This document shows positions 38,201 through 50,200 of a stretch of DNA of 64,000 nt, piece by piece. Origin of the DNA: Priapulus caudatus (taxonomy: Eukaryota); NCBI RefSeq assembly GCF_000485595.1, contig NW_014577074.1, positions 1,011,479-1,075,478 of the forward strand, read 5' to 3'. Under the pieces are notes generated by a model. The model had not been told where the DNA came from. It was given only the letters and a program-made list of their open reading frames with translations, and ran no database searches. A program made the translations under genes and the position numbers. Each line of letters starts with the position of its first letter. Position 1 is the first letter of the stretch.

Positions 38201-41200
38201 TTTAAACGCGCAACGCTGGCATTGTAAATAAATTACCACTCCTCTGTCTACTATAATGTGTGCTTAGTTGTGATGTAGTACACTTAGTAAAGGCAAAAGT
38301 CGTTCTTCTTATAGTTATAGTAGAGAATGTCTGTGGAGATAAATAACATACACATTGTTTGCATGTGTGATTTACCATAAATGTTTTGGTGTAATAACTC
38401 ACGAATTATATTTAATGATTCCTGCAAACACAGACAATGTTACCTGTCAGAACCAGTACAGCTAACATCGTAACTGTAGGGGGCAGCAGGTGCGTCCCCG
38501 AGAGGTCTTCACCCACCACAGATTAATTTTCTACCAGCTAAGTACACAGGTGGTTGGTGTGATATAAGGTTCATACTCTGGTTTCTACTGCAAAACGTAT
38601 AAATCTTTCGGCCTTTTACTAAAGATTTCCGTGCAGAGGAACAACTTAATGAGTCTTTGACTTATTTCTTGCTAACCCTACTTTTGTAGGGTAATCATTA
38701 TTGAAAAAATATGTCTATTAAATAATTTTGTAAAGAGTTGGTCTTGTTTTGAGTAAAATATAGATCATACAGGTGGTAAGTAGCGCTAGACTGAGATTTA
38801 TTCACGTTTCGCGCTAGGCTTTAAACGCGCAACCTGGCATTGTAATTACCTCCTGTCTATACTACTAAGGTGTGCTTAGTTGTGATGTAAGTACACTTTA
38901 GATAAAGCAAAAAGGTCGTTCTTCTTATAGTAGAGATGTCTGTGGCGATTATTAACAGACACAAGTTTGAATGTGTGATTTACCCTCATGTGTTTGGGTG
39001 TAATAAATCACGAATATTATATTTAATGATTCTTGCAAACACAGACAATGTTACCTGTCAGAACCTGTAGCAGCTAACATTAGCCGCGTTCACACGTAGC
39101 AAGAAATCCGGTATTTAGCGTTCAGACCGCGAGGCAAAATACGAGGCCCAAGAAATACGGTATCTAAACAGATCCGGTATTTCATGTAAATACGAGGCTT
39201 CGCCAGACCCCGAATAATTTGCCGTGCTTGAGAAATACCGGATTTCTTGGACCGCGCATTTCCTCGTGTGAACGCTAAATACCAGAATTTCTGAAGCCGC
39301 GTATTTTATAGACGGGTCCGCGCTGGACAGTTCGCAGTGTAACGCGAGTGTAACTGTCGAGCGCGGACCAGTCTACGTATTTTATCGGCAGTTGTGGCGC
39401 ATTGCATTGTTTATTTCGCATTGTTTGCTTGATTGTTTACTAAGCAGCTCGCAGCTCGCAAAATACCGTATTATGGAGGCCGCGAATCAGCGTGTGAACG
39501 CTCAGCCGCGTATTTGTCTCAGATACGGTATTTCGCAATCCGGTATTTCAGAAATACGAGGTCTCGTGTGAACGAGGCTAATTGTAACTGTAGGAGGCAG
39601 CAAGGTGCGTCTCGAGAGGTCTTCCCCCACCACGATTTAATTTCTACCAGCTAAGTACACAGGTGGTTGGGTGTGATATAATGGTCATACTCTGGTTTCT
39701 CTGGCAAAACGTATAAATCTTTCGCCTTTTACTAAAGATTTCCGTGCAGTAGGAACAACTTAATGAGTCTTTGACTTATTTTTGCTACCCTACTTTTGTA
39801 GGGTATCATTAATGAAAAATATGTCTATATAAATGAATTTTGTAAGAGTTTGTGCCTNTGGAAATGTCTGTCGAAATATACTTACACAAGCTGTAACGCA
39901 GAGAAAAACAAAGATGTCAACAAAAACCGAAATCATTACCGAAACTTTGCTCATCTCTCAAAGTCTCAACTCAACAAAAATCTCATATTAAATTAAAAGT
40001 AATTATGGTACACGCATACCTGTTTTCGTTTTTGTTAAATTCTGCTCACTGTTAGATCATTGTTTAGTCGTTNCTTGTCGAGCGCGGACCAGTCCCTACG
40101 TATTTTATCGGCAGTTGGTGCGCATTGCATGTTTATTTAGCAATTGTTGCATTGATTGTTACTAAGCAGCTCGCAGCTCGCAAATACGCGTAATTTCTGG
40201 AGCCGCGAATCAGCGTGTGAACGCTCAGCCGCGTATTTGTCTCAGATACGGTATTTCGCAAATCCGGTATTTTCAGAAATACGAGGTCTCGTGTGAACGA
40301 GGCTATTGTAACTGTAGGAGGCAGCAGGTGCGTCCCCGAGAGGTCTTCACCCACCACAGATTAATTTTCTACCAGCTAAGTACACAGGTGGTTGGGTGTG
40401 ATATAAGGGTAATACTCTGGTTTCTCTGCAAAACGTATAAATCTTTCGCCTTTTACTAAGATTTTCGTGCAGAGAACAACTTAATGAGTCTTTGACTTAT
40501 TTCTTGCTACCCTACTTTTGTAGGAATCTATTAATGAAAAAATATGTCTATTAAATAATTTTGTAAGAGTTGGTCTTGTTTGAGTAAAATATAGATCATA
40601 CAGGTGGTAGGTAGTGCTACTGAGATTTATTCACGTTTCGTCTAGGCTTTAAACGCGCAACCTGGCATTGTAATTAACCTCTGTCTACTACTAATGTGTG
40701 CTTAGTTGTGATGTAAGTACACTTTAGTAAAGCAAAAAAGTCGTTGTTCTTATAGTAGAGATGTCTGTGGAGATTATTAACATACACATGTTTGAATGTG
40801 TGATTTACCATAATGTGTTTGGTGTAATAAATCACGAAATTATATTTAATGATTCTTGCAAACACAGACAATGTTACCTGTCAGAACCTGTACAGCTAAC
40901 ATTAGCCGCGTTCACACGTAGCAAGAAATCCGTATTTAGCGTTCACACCGAGCAAATACGAGCCAGAAATACGGTATCTAAAACAGATCCGGTATTTCAT
41001 GTAAATACGAGCTTCGCTCCAGACCCCGAATAATTTGCCGTGCTTGAGAAATACCGGATTTCTTGGACGCGCGCATTTCCTCGTGTGAACGCTAAATCCC
41101 AGAATTTCTGAGCCGCGTATTTTATAGACGTGGTCCCGCTGGACAGTTCCAGTGTAACGCGATGTAACTGTCGAGGCGCGGACCAGTCTACGGTATTTTA

Positions 41201-44200
41201 TCGGCAGTTGGTGCGCATTGCATTGTTTATTTCGCATTGTTTGCTTGATTGTTACTAAGCAGCTCGCAGCTCGCAAATACCGTATTTCTGGAGCCGCGAA
41301 TCAGCGTGTGAACGCTCAGCCGCGTATTTGTCTCAGATACGGTATTTCGCAAATCCGGTATTTCAGAAATACGAGGTCTCGTGTGAACGAGGCTATTGTA
41401 ACTGTAGGAGGCAGCAGGTGCGTCCCCGAGAGGTCTTCCCCCACCACAGATTAATTTTCTACCAGCTAAGTACACAGGTGGTTGGGTGTGATATAAGGGT
41501 AATACTCTGGTTTCTCTGCAAAACGTATAAATCTTTCGCCTTTTACTAAAGATTTCCGTGCAGAGGAACAACTTAATGAGTCTTTGACTTATTTCTTGCT
41601 ACCCTACTTTTGTAGGGTAATAATTAATGAAAAAATATGTCTATTAAATAATTTTGTAAGAGTTGGTCTTGTTTGAGTAAAATATAGATCATACAGGTGG
41701 TAAGTAGTGCTACTGAGATTTATTCACGTTTCGCCTAGGCTTTAAACGCGCAACCTGGCATTGTAATTACCCTCTGTCTATACTACTAAGGTGTGCTTAG
41801 TTGTGATGTAAGTACACTTTAGTAAAGCAAAAAAGTCGTTCTTCTTATAGTAGAGATGTCTGTGGCGATTATTAACAGACACAAGTTTGAATGTGTGATT
41901 TACCCTCATGTGTTTGGTGTAATAAATCACGAAATTATATTTAATGATTCTTGCAAACACAGACAATGTTACCTGTCAGAACCAGTACAGCTAACATTAG
42001 CCGCGTTCACACGTAGCAAGAAATCCGGTATTTAGCGTTCACCCGAGGCAAAATACGAGGCCCAAGAAATACGGTATCTAAACAGATCCGGTATTTCATG
42101 TAAATACGAGGCTTCCCAGACCCCGAATAATTTGCCGTGCTTGAGAAATACCGGATTTCTTGGACCGCGCATTTCCTCGTGTGAACGCTAAATACCAGAA
42201 TTTCTGAAGCCGCGTATTTTATAGACTGGTCCGCGCTCGACAGTTCCAGTGTAACGCGAGTGTAACTGTCGAGCGCGACCAGTCTACGTATTTTATCGGC
42301 AGTTGGTGCGCATCTGCATTGTTTATTTCGCATTGTTTGCTTGATTGTTACTAAGCAGCTCGCAGCTCGCAAATACCGTATTTCTGGAGCGCCGAATCAG
42401 CGTGTGAACGCTCAGCCGCGTATTTGTCTCAGATACGGTATTTCGCAAATCCGGTATTTCAGAAATACGAGGTCTCGTGTGAACGAGGCTATTGTAACTG
42501 TAGGAGGCAGCAGGTGCGTCTCCGAGAGGTCTTCCCCCACCACAGATTAATTTTCTACCAGCTAAGTACACAGGTGGTTGGGTGTGATATATGGTGCATA
42601 CTCTGGTTTCTCTGCAAAACGTATAAATCTTTCGCCTTTTACTAAAGATTTCCGTGCAGAGGAACAACTTAATGAGTCTTTGACTTATTTCTTGCTACCC
42701 TACTTTTGTAGGGTAATAATTAATGAAAAAATATGGCTATTAATTAAATAATTTTGTAAGAGTTGGTCGTGTATGAATAAAATATAGATCATACAGGTAG
42801 GATATAGGTAGTACCAAAACCTACTGAGGTTTATTCACGTTTCGCCTAGGCTTTAAACGCGCACCCTGGCATTGTAATTACCCTCTGTCTATACTACTAA
42901 TGTGTGCTTAGTTGTGATGTAAGTACACTTTAGTAAAGCAAAAAAGTCGTTCTTCTTATAGTTATAGTAGAGATGTCTGTGGAGATAAATAACATACACA
43001 TGTTTGAATGTGTGATTTACTCTAATGTGTTTGGTGTAATAAATCACGAAATTATATTTAATGATTCCTGCAAACACAGACAATGTTACCTGTCAGAACC
43101 TGTACAGCTAACATTGTAACTGTAGGGGGCAGCAGGTGCGTCCCCGATAAGTCTTCACCCACCACAGATTAATTTTCTACCAGCTAAGTACACAGGTGGT
43201 TGGGTGTGATATAAGGTGCATACTCTGGTTTCTCTGCAAAACGTATAAATCTTTCGCCTTTTACTAAAGATTTCCGTGCAGAGGAACAACTTAATGAGTC
43301 TTTGACTTATTTCTTGCTACCCTACTTTTGTAGGGTAATAATTAATGAAAAAATATGTCTATTAAATAATTGTCCCAGATGTGTTCTTAGTATTAAACGT
43401 AGGATTAAAGCAAAGATCATACAAGTGGTAGATAGTAATAATTCTGAGATTAATTCTAGTTTTGCCTAGGCTTTAAACGCGCAACCTGCCATTGTAGTTC
43501 TCCCTGTATATACAGTACTACTAATGTGTGCTTGGTTGTGATGTATGTACACCTTAGTAAAGCAAAAAAGTCGTTCTTTTTATTCTCTGGTTTCTCTCCA
43601 AAAACGTATAAATCTTTCGCATTTTACTAAAGCTTTCCGTGCAGAGGAACAACTTAATGAGACTTTTTCCTTAATTCCTTTCTTTTGTAGGATGATGAGT
43701 CTTGAAATTACGTATAATTATAATGAAATTAGGAGTAAATTATTTTACACTGAGTTGAATCCATGCTAAATATACCTATTTGACACTGAGTTGAATCGAT
43801 GCTAATTTTTACGAAGCATCCGTACATCTTAATGTATCTGAGGAACAATCTAATGGTCTTTGACTTATATCTTGCTACCCTACTTTTGTAGAGTGTTCTT
43901 TTTCCCGTGTCGTTCCGTTAGCGTCACCATATGTACCTCTCTCGGCTCTTCGCAGACACTTCATGGACCAACCCTCAGTTTGTGCTGGAGGTGCGAGACA
44001 GCGATGAGGACGACGACAAGCTCGCAAGCTTCGTCATCGAGCTGATGCAGAAAGATCGACGACGCATGCGACACATCGGCTACGACAACATCACGCAGGG
44101 ATTCGTCATATACGAGGTACTAGCATCAGCTTACGGTCAACCACCGTGCCAGGTCCTGTGTGCTGCAGTGGCTAGGTCGAGTGTAGTGTAGTTGACCCGA

Positions 44201-47200
44201 GAAGAAGAAGACCGTCACAGCTGTGTGGATATTAGTGAGGGATGGGTCTCATGTGGAAAACGTGGAGGGATGATTCTAGTGTGAATAATCGGGACGGGTG
44301 ACTCTAGTGCTGTTAATTGGGAAGGTCGGTTCTAGTTCAAATTGCGCAGAGGAGTGGTTCTAATGCAGATATTTAGGAGGGTTGGTTCTAGTGCAGTTAA
44401 TAGGGATCGGTGGTTCTAGTGCAAATAATAGGGTGGCATAAAAGGGAAGCGTTGCTACATGGGGTTTATGGAAGGGTGTGGGTGCAAAGCAGTCCATGGC
44501 ACAGTGGGCACTGAATACCACATGTTCCTGGTTTTATTTTTCAGCTTACTAAAGACTATCATGTGCCTTTGCCCAAGCACTTCTTTGACAACAACCAGTG
44601 GGTTGCATCATGTGATTACTACATCAATCAAAGGTACCAATGAACATTTTCTTTTTAACAACATTTAGCATATTTTACAAACACCACCCACCCCCCAAGA
44701 CCACTTATTTTCCAAAATCTTGACTTTTACCATTATATAAATGGGTAGGCAAAACCATGTAGCAGTGGCACCAGCCTTCTCAATTTAAAGACAACCAATT
44801 CGAATTACCATAAGCATTTACACATGAATCAGAAGCTGTTCACGACTCATAGCATAATATAGTATCATCATTATATAAATACATATTCGTACCGTAAGTT
44901 TCAAACATCTCCGTATTGAATGGAAAGATGTGCTTAAAAAAGAAACACTAATAAAAACAAAAGGCGTATTTGTCAGTTTTCTGATTGTGTCAGTCAGAGT
45001 TGTTATGTGCATCTGAGCAAGGATGTCTGTTTGGGCTTTAGGTCTGTGATAAAGCGCTTCAAGCTTGTGCCTGGTCGCTACGTGGTCGTACCGAGTACCT
45101 GGGAACCGGAGGAGGAAGCCGACTTCATGCTGAGAGTGTTCAGCGAGTCCGAAAGCGTCGCAGAGTAAGTGCAAAGCGACGAAGCTTTCTATATCGTAGC
45201 ACAGGTGGTCCACACGTCCAATGTTATGCACGTCGTTTGCAGTAATTTTACATTCGAAAACAGCCATGGGAGAATAAGCAAGTTGTTTTCTCTTCGTCGA
45301 TTAGACAGTACTATTTTGGTTTCACGTTGAGATCATTGCAAGAGAGGTAATTTATAAAAGGTAAATTTATCAGACTTTTCCTGTTTGTGTAACCCTGTTT
45401 TTACCCAAGGTTCGCTTGCCGCTGAGAAGATATCTATGGTCTTCACTGACTTGATGCCTTTCTGTGTGCTCATTGCAGAAGTGCTGATGACGGTGCTGGT
45501 CCAGATATACTGCCTGCAACCGTGAGCCCAACCCCATCGGTTCCAGACAGACCAGTTGACGAAGCTTTGCGCAAATTCTTCTACGATAAGTCGGGAGAGG
45601 TGTGTATTTAATTTCTCATTTAGTAAAAAAGAAATTTGTTTGATTTTTCTACTGATGTTGTCATGCAGCAGGATGCCACTTTTGATCTAGGGGTGCCATG
45701 TGCAGTCACAGGTACATACCATATTATTGTCTCCTTGTTTCAGGACATGCAACTAAATGCCTGGGAGCTTCACAATGCCATGACTAAAATCCTCCAGCAG
45801 CAATTCAGTATTGATACCTGCAAGAGCATGGTTGCCTTCTTTGATGTATCCATTTGTGGGGGCATGAGCAAGAGCGCGGTTGCAAGTGGTTTGAGAAGAA
45901 TTCAGACTGTTCATTATGTAGTTCATCAGCACTAGCTGCTGTATCATAATATATTTAGACAGATTTTTAATGTATTATGATTACCTGGTTGAGGTAGTGC
46001 TAAGATTTTTGGTAAGTATTTTGGTCGGCACGACAAATGTGCTGTTATGCACTTTTAGCTGTTGTTCTTAACAGTAACGTTATAGAGAGATAACACTGGA
46101 AATCTTGGTTACTATGAGTTCAGGCTGCTATGGAGCTACGTAAAACTGTGGAAGACTGCCTTCGGTGAAAAAGATCACAACAAGACGGGCAGCATTCCGT
46201 CGTACCAACTGAAAGCTGCTCTACAGGGTCTAGGTGAGTGAGCATGTTGGTTTTACATAATTAGTAACATAAAAAGTTTCGTTTTTTGTGTGTAATCTTT
46301 TTCCTGTGACACTTTTCTCCTCAGTGGAATTTGCTGCTTGCGTTTTAATTTGCAAGTTATATAGGGGTGAATTTCCGCAACCCAAATTATCATGACACTG
46401 GTTATTGCCGTACATGTTTATACCGCTCGGTATATTTATCTTGTATTGTTAGGTAACCCGGATTTTGTTTAACAATTACAGGTTACCATCTGACTTCGGA
46501 CATGCTTAGTTCGCTGATTTTCCGCTACGCTGACAGGAAGTGGGAGGTTTCATGGGATGACTTTGTCCACTGTGCTCTGCGACTGCAGTTCTTAAACAGT
46601 AAGCTGTACCTGTGTCTTAATCTATTATATAATAAACTATATTATGAATTACAGAGTGTCCAACCATCCCGATTTCGTCGGGATTATCCCGATTTTGCTC
46701 GAAATTCCCGAATCCCGACGTAACCTCCGTCGGGATAAGGAAAATTCCGATTTTCGATATTTTGCACGCACTATCTCGCGAAAAAAAGTCAAGAAATATT
46801 TTCCATTTAATTTCTCACGATTGTTAGCAATAAAATCGATTCTGAACGACGACAGTACAACGAGGAGCACGGCAGTTATGATCCGAGAGATTAAGATGCG
46901 GTTTGTCACGATTTTGTCACATAGTTAAGTTGTCATACGTCTTTGCATCCTTCAGAGATTGCCAAAGGAAACTGTAAGGACTAAGCAAACATTAGTTGCT
47001 GTCATATCAACGATGGTGTTGTGAAATAAATGTCGTTTGATTTCTAGTAAAGTATTCACGTTTATTTTATACAAACATAAAAATGATTACGTTCACGGAT
47101 CCTAATTTAAAAATTTCGGGGAGGGGGACATGCCCCAGACCCCCCCACCCCACCCCCTAATGAAAATCCCGATTTCTTAAGTCTATAGGTTGGACACTCT

Positions 47201-50200
47201 GGAATTATTATATCATAAGTTAGCATGCTTAGGTTCAATGTGACACTTTTGTGTAAATGACAAAAAATGTGTTCTTATGGTTACATTGCATGTGAAACTT
47301 CACTATTCTTCCTAATTCGATATCTACCTATTTTTCCATTCTTTTTGACAAACTCGCACACAGAAAACAGATATTTACAGCTACAGTTGTTGGAATAAAA
47401 ATTCAAATGGTCAGTGTGATATTTCTTAACTCATTAATTAAACATAGTATAACATAGCTAGTGTATGAGTTCAGGAATATATTTTGTGCTGAAAGTAATT
47501 ACTTTTAATGAGAAAAGTGCAAATAAACTGTATACACTTAAGATTAGGAACATGTGGTTGATCCCTATAATTGTTTATTATAGTCCATTTATACTAAACA
47601 ATTAAAGAATATGTTCCCATATGGTTGAAAGATACAATTTCAATAACATTATTAAAACTATTACTAATTCCAGGTTAATTGTTACAGATTAAGGTAACAC
47701 AAAATCGAATTACAAATATCCATGTACACAAGATACACAAGAGTATAAATTTGAAACGGACGCAACTTCTCGAAATTCGTCATTACACACTGTGCCTGCA
47801 GAGGGCAGCATTATATACCTAGTAGAATGACTGCGCACGCACCATAAATAGTTTTTGGAGATTTGAATATATATATCGTTGCCGAAGCTAACTGAAGTAT
47901 ACTCTGGTTTCTCTGCAAAACGTATAAATCTTTCGCCTTTTACTAAAGATTTCCGTGCAGAGGAACAACTTAATGAGTCTTTGACTTATTTCTTGCTACC
48001 CTACTTTTGTAGGGTAATAATTAATGAAAAATATGCATATTGAATAATTTTGTAAGAGATGTTCGTCGAATTTGGAGTAAGAACAAAACAGATCATACAG
48101 GTGGTAGATAGTACCATAGTACTACTGTGCTATTGAGATTAATTCACGTTTCGCATAGGCTTTAAACGCGCAAACTGCCATTGTAATTACCCTCCGTCTC
48201 TACTACTACTGTGTGCGAGGTGTAGGGTAATTAAAATAAAAAGTTATTGTTGATTATTAGATTTGTATGTTGTACAAGGTTACTTTTGGTACCAGCACTA
48301 TCAAGGTGTTAGTTGATTGTCAAGTATTTCGCTGTCAATCGTATCTATAGCGTTTATGCTGTATGCACCTAGGTTTGCGCGACGAATAATATAGGCAATC
48401 CGACGAAGTTGCTAGTGGTGAAATGCAGCGGTGTGATCAGGCTACTTTATTTAAACATGATTTTCAAGCACGCAACAGAAATTATACATGTTACATATCT
48501 TTTTTATATATATTTATTAGCTCACATTGACATCGTCTAGATGAGCTATTGCCATGGGTCGTTGTCCGTCGTACGTCCGTCCGTCCGTCCGTCCGTCTGT
48601 CCGTCAACATTTGGCTACGGTCAACGATAACTTGAGAACCGTTTTACCCACATGTTTCAAATTGCATGAAGTTGTTACTCCTATGGGAGAGATGTGAACG
48701 TCCTATTTTGGAGCACGCCAGTTGACCTACTTTCGAGCCACGCCCACTTTTTGGCAAAAATGGAAATGGCCATATGTCAGTTCAGGTTCAACGGATTTTG
48801 CTCATTTTTGGCACGTGAATGAATAAGGACTGGCCCCAAAACATATCACATGGGTTTTGATATTTTTGTTAAATTATGCAAATTAGGTAGATTTTGGCAA
48901 TTTCACTATGCATTTCAGTGTCTGCCTACAGTCAACGATAACTCAAGAACCGTTTGACTCACATGTTTCAAATTGCATACAGTTGTTACTCCTATGGGAG
49001 AGGTTTGAACGTCCTATTTTGGAGCACGGCAGTCGACCTAGTTTCGAGCTACGCCCACTTTTTGGAAAAATGGAAATGGCCATACGTCAGTTCAGGTTCA
49101 ACGGCTTTTGCTCATTTTTGGTATGTGAATGAATAAGGACTGACCCCAAAACATATCACATGGGTTTTTATATTTTTTTTTAATTATGTAGATTTTGGCA
49201 ATTTAAATCTTTAAATTTTATATCAGTTTATTTTACCCCAAAGCAAGTAACTTTTCTGAATCTTACATGATTTTTTTCAAATGAATATAACACATTTTGA
49301 CAATATATATGGCCTATCTAACCCTGAAACAAAACAGTGAAATTTCTATTAGTATAAAACAGGGAATAAGGACATTTGTTCACATTTCGGTCCGTCATAA
49401 ATAAAACACTTACCAAATTTTAAATATCATCTATCACACCCAAGGTGAGCTATAGTGTCATTGACACTTTCATTTTTTCATGCAATTAGTATGTGCGTCG
49501 CTAAAGGTCGTGGAATTCACCGTCTATTTCTATACCTACCGATCACGCGGCAGTCCGATTCAAATATGCCCCGTGTGAACGCAACAGGTTGTACATTTAA
49601 CCACTAACGCATATAATTAATTATATCAGGAGTCTATCAATATATTGATAAACTCCTGATTATATACTCAATGTACAATAGTCAGGATTGAATGGAAAAA
49701 AATCAAAACAATGTTTTAGCTCATCTGACGTAGTCAGATGCAGCTTGTAGAATCGCATAATTGTCCGTCCGTCCGTCCGGCCGTCCGTCCGTCCGTCCGT
49801 CCGTGCATGCGTCAACAGTTGGGCACAAATCTTAACCGCTCGACGTACGGTCACGATATTCGGGACGTGCGGGGGTAATCCGAAAACGAGTTGGGATATC
49901 GAAGCTGGGGGTCAAAGGTCAAAGGTCAAGAGGTGTAAAAGAAGGGGGAACATTCCCTTCTTAACTTAAGGTATAGGAGGAAATGCAGAATTGCGGCACA
50001 ATCCTAAAGCGGCTCAGACCTTAGGCTCGTGATAAGCGGTGTATAGCATCATGTTAGGAAAACCAGCACTGTGCCGAAATTTGGAGGTCACAGGTCAAAA
50101 GGTCAATGGACAGGGCAGATTTTAGACATTTTCTGCAGACATGCGTCTGACGGTAGCGAGTGAAAAACCTTTTTTGTTTCAGCGTGACCTAGCAGTTTTA

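Larger units (their letters stand above)
34598..43900. repeat. Tandem array of a ~615-bp unit, with or without a ~490-bp MITE, in calpain intron 7
   Basis: Marker ACCAGCTAAGTACACAGG at about 34891, 35501 (split by an insertion), 38533, 39646, 40371, 41461, 42556 and 43178; spacings are ~610-630 or ~1090-1110. Confidence 0.9.

Noticed and set aside
39858..40073. Unique 215-bp insert within the array
   Set aside because: Bounded by single Ns, so probably a gap-filling remnant.
34598..43900. CRISPR-like or hammerhead (retrozyme) reading of the array, e.g. CTTAATGAGTCTTTGAC and reverse-strand GCCTAGGCGAAAC
   Set aside because: There are no unique spacers, and neither motif has both the CTGANGA and GAAA cores in the right arrangement.
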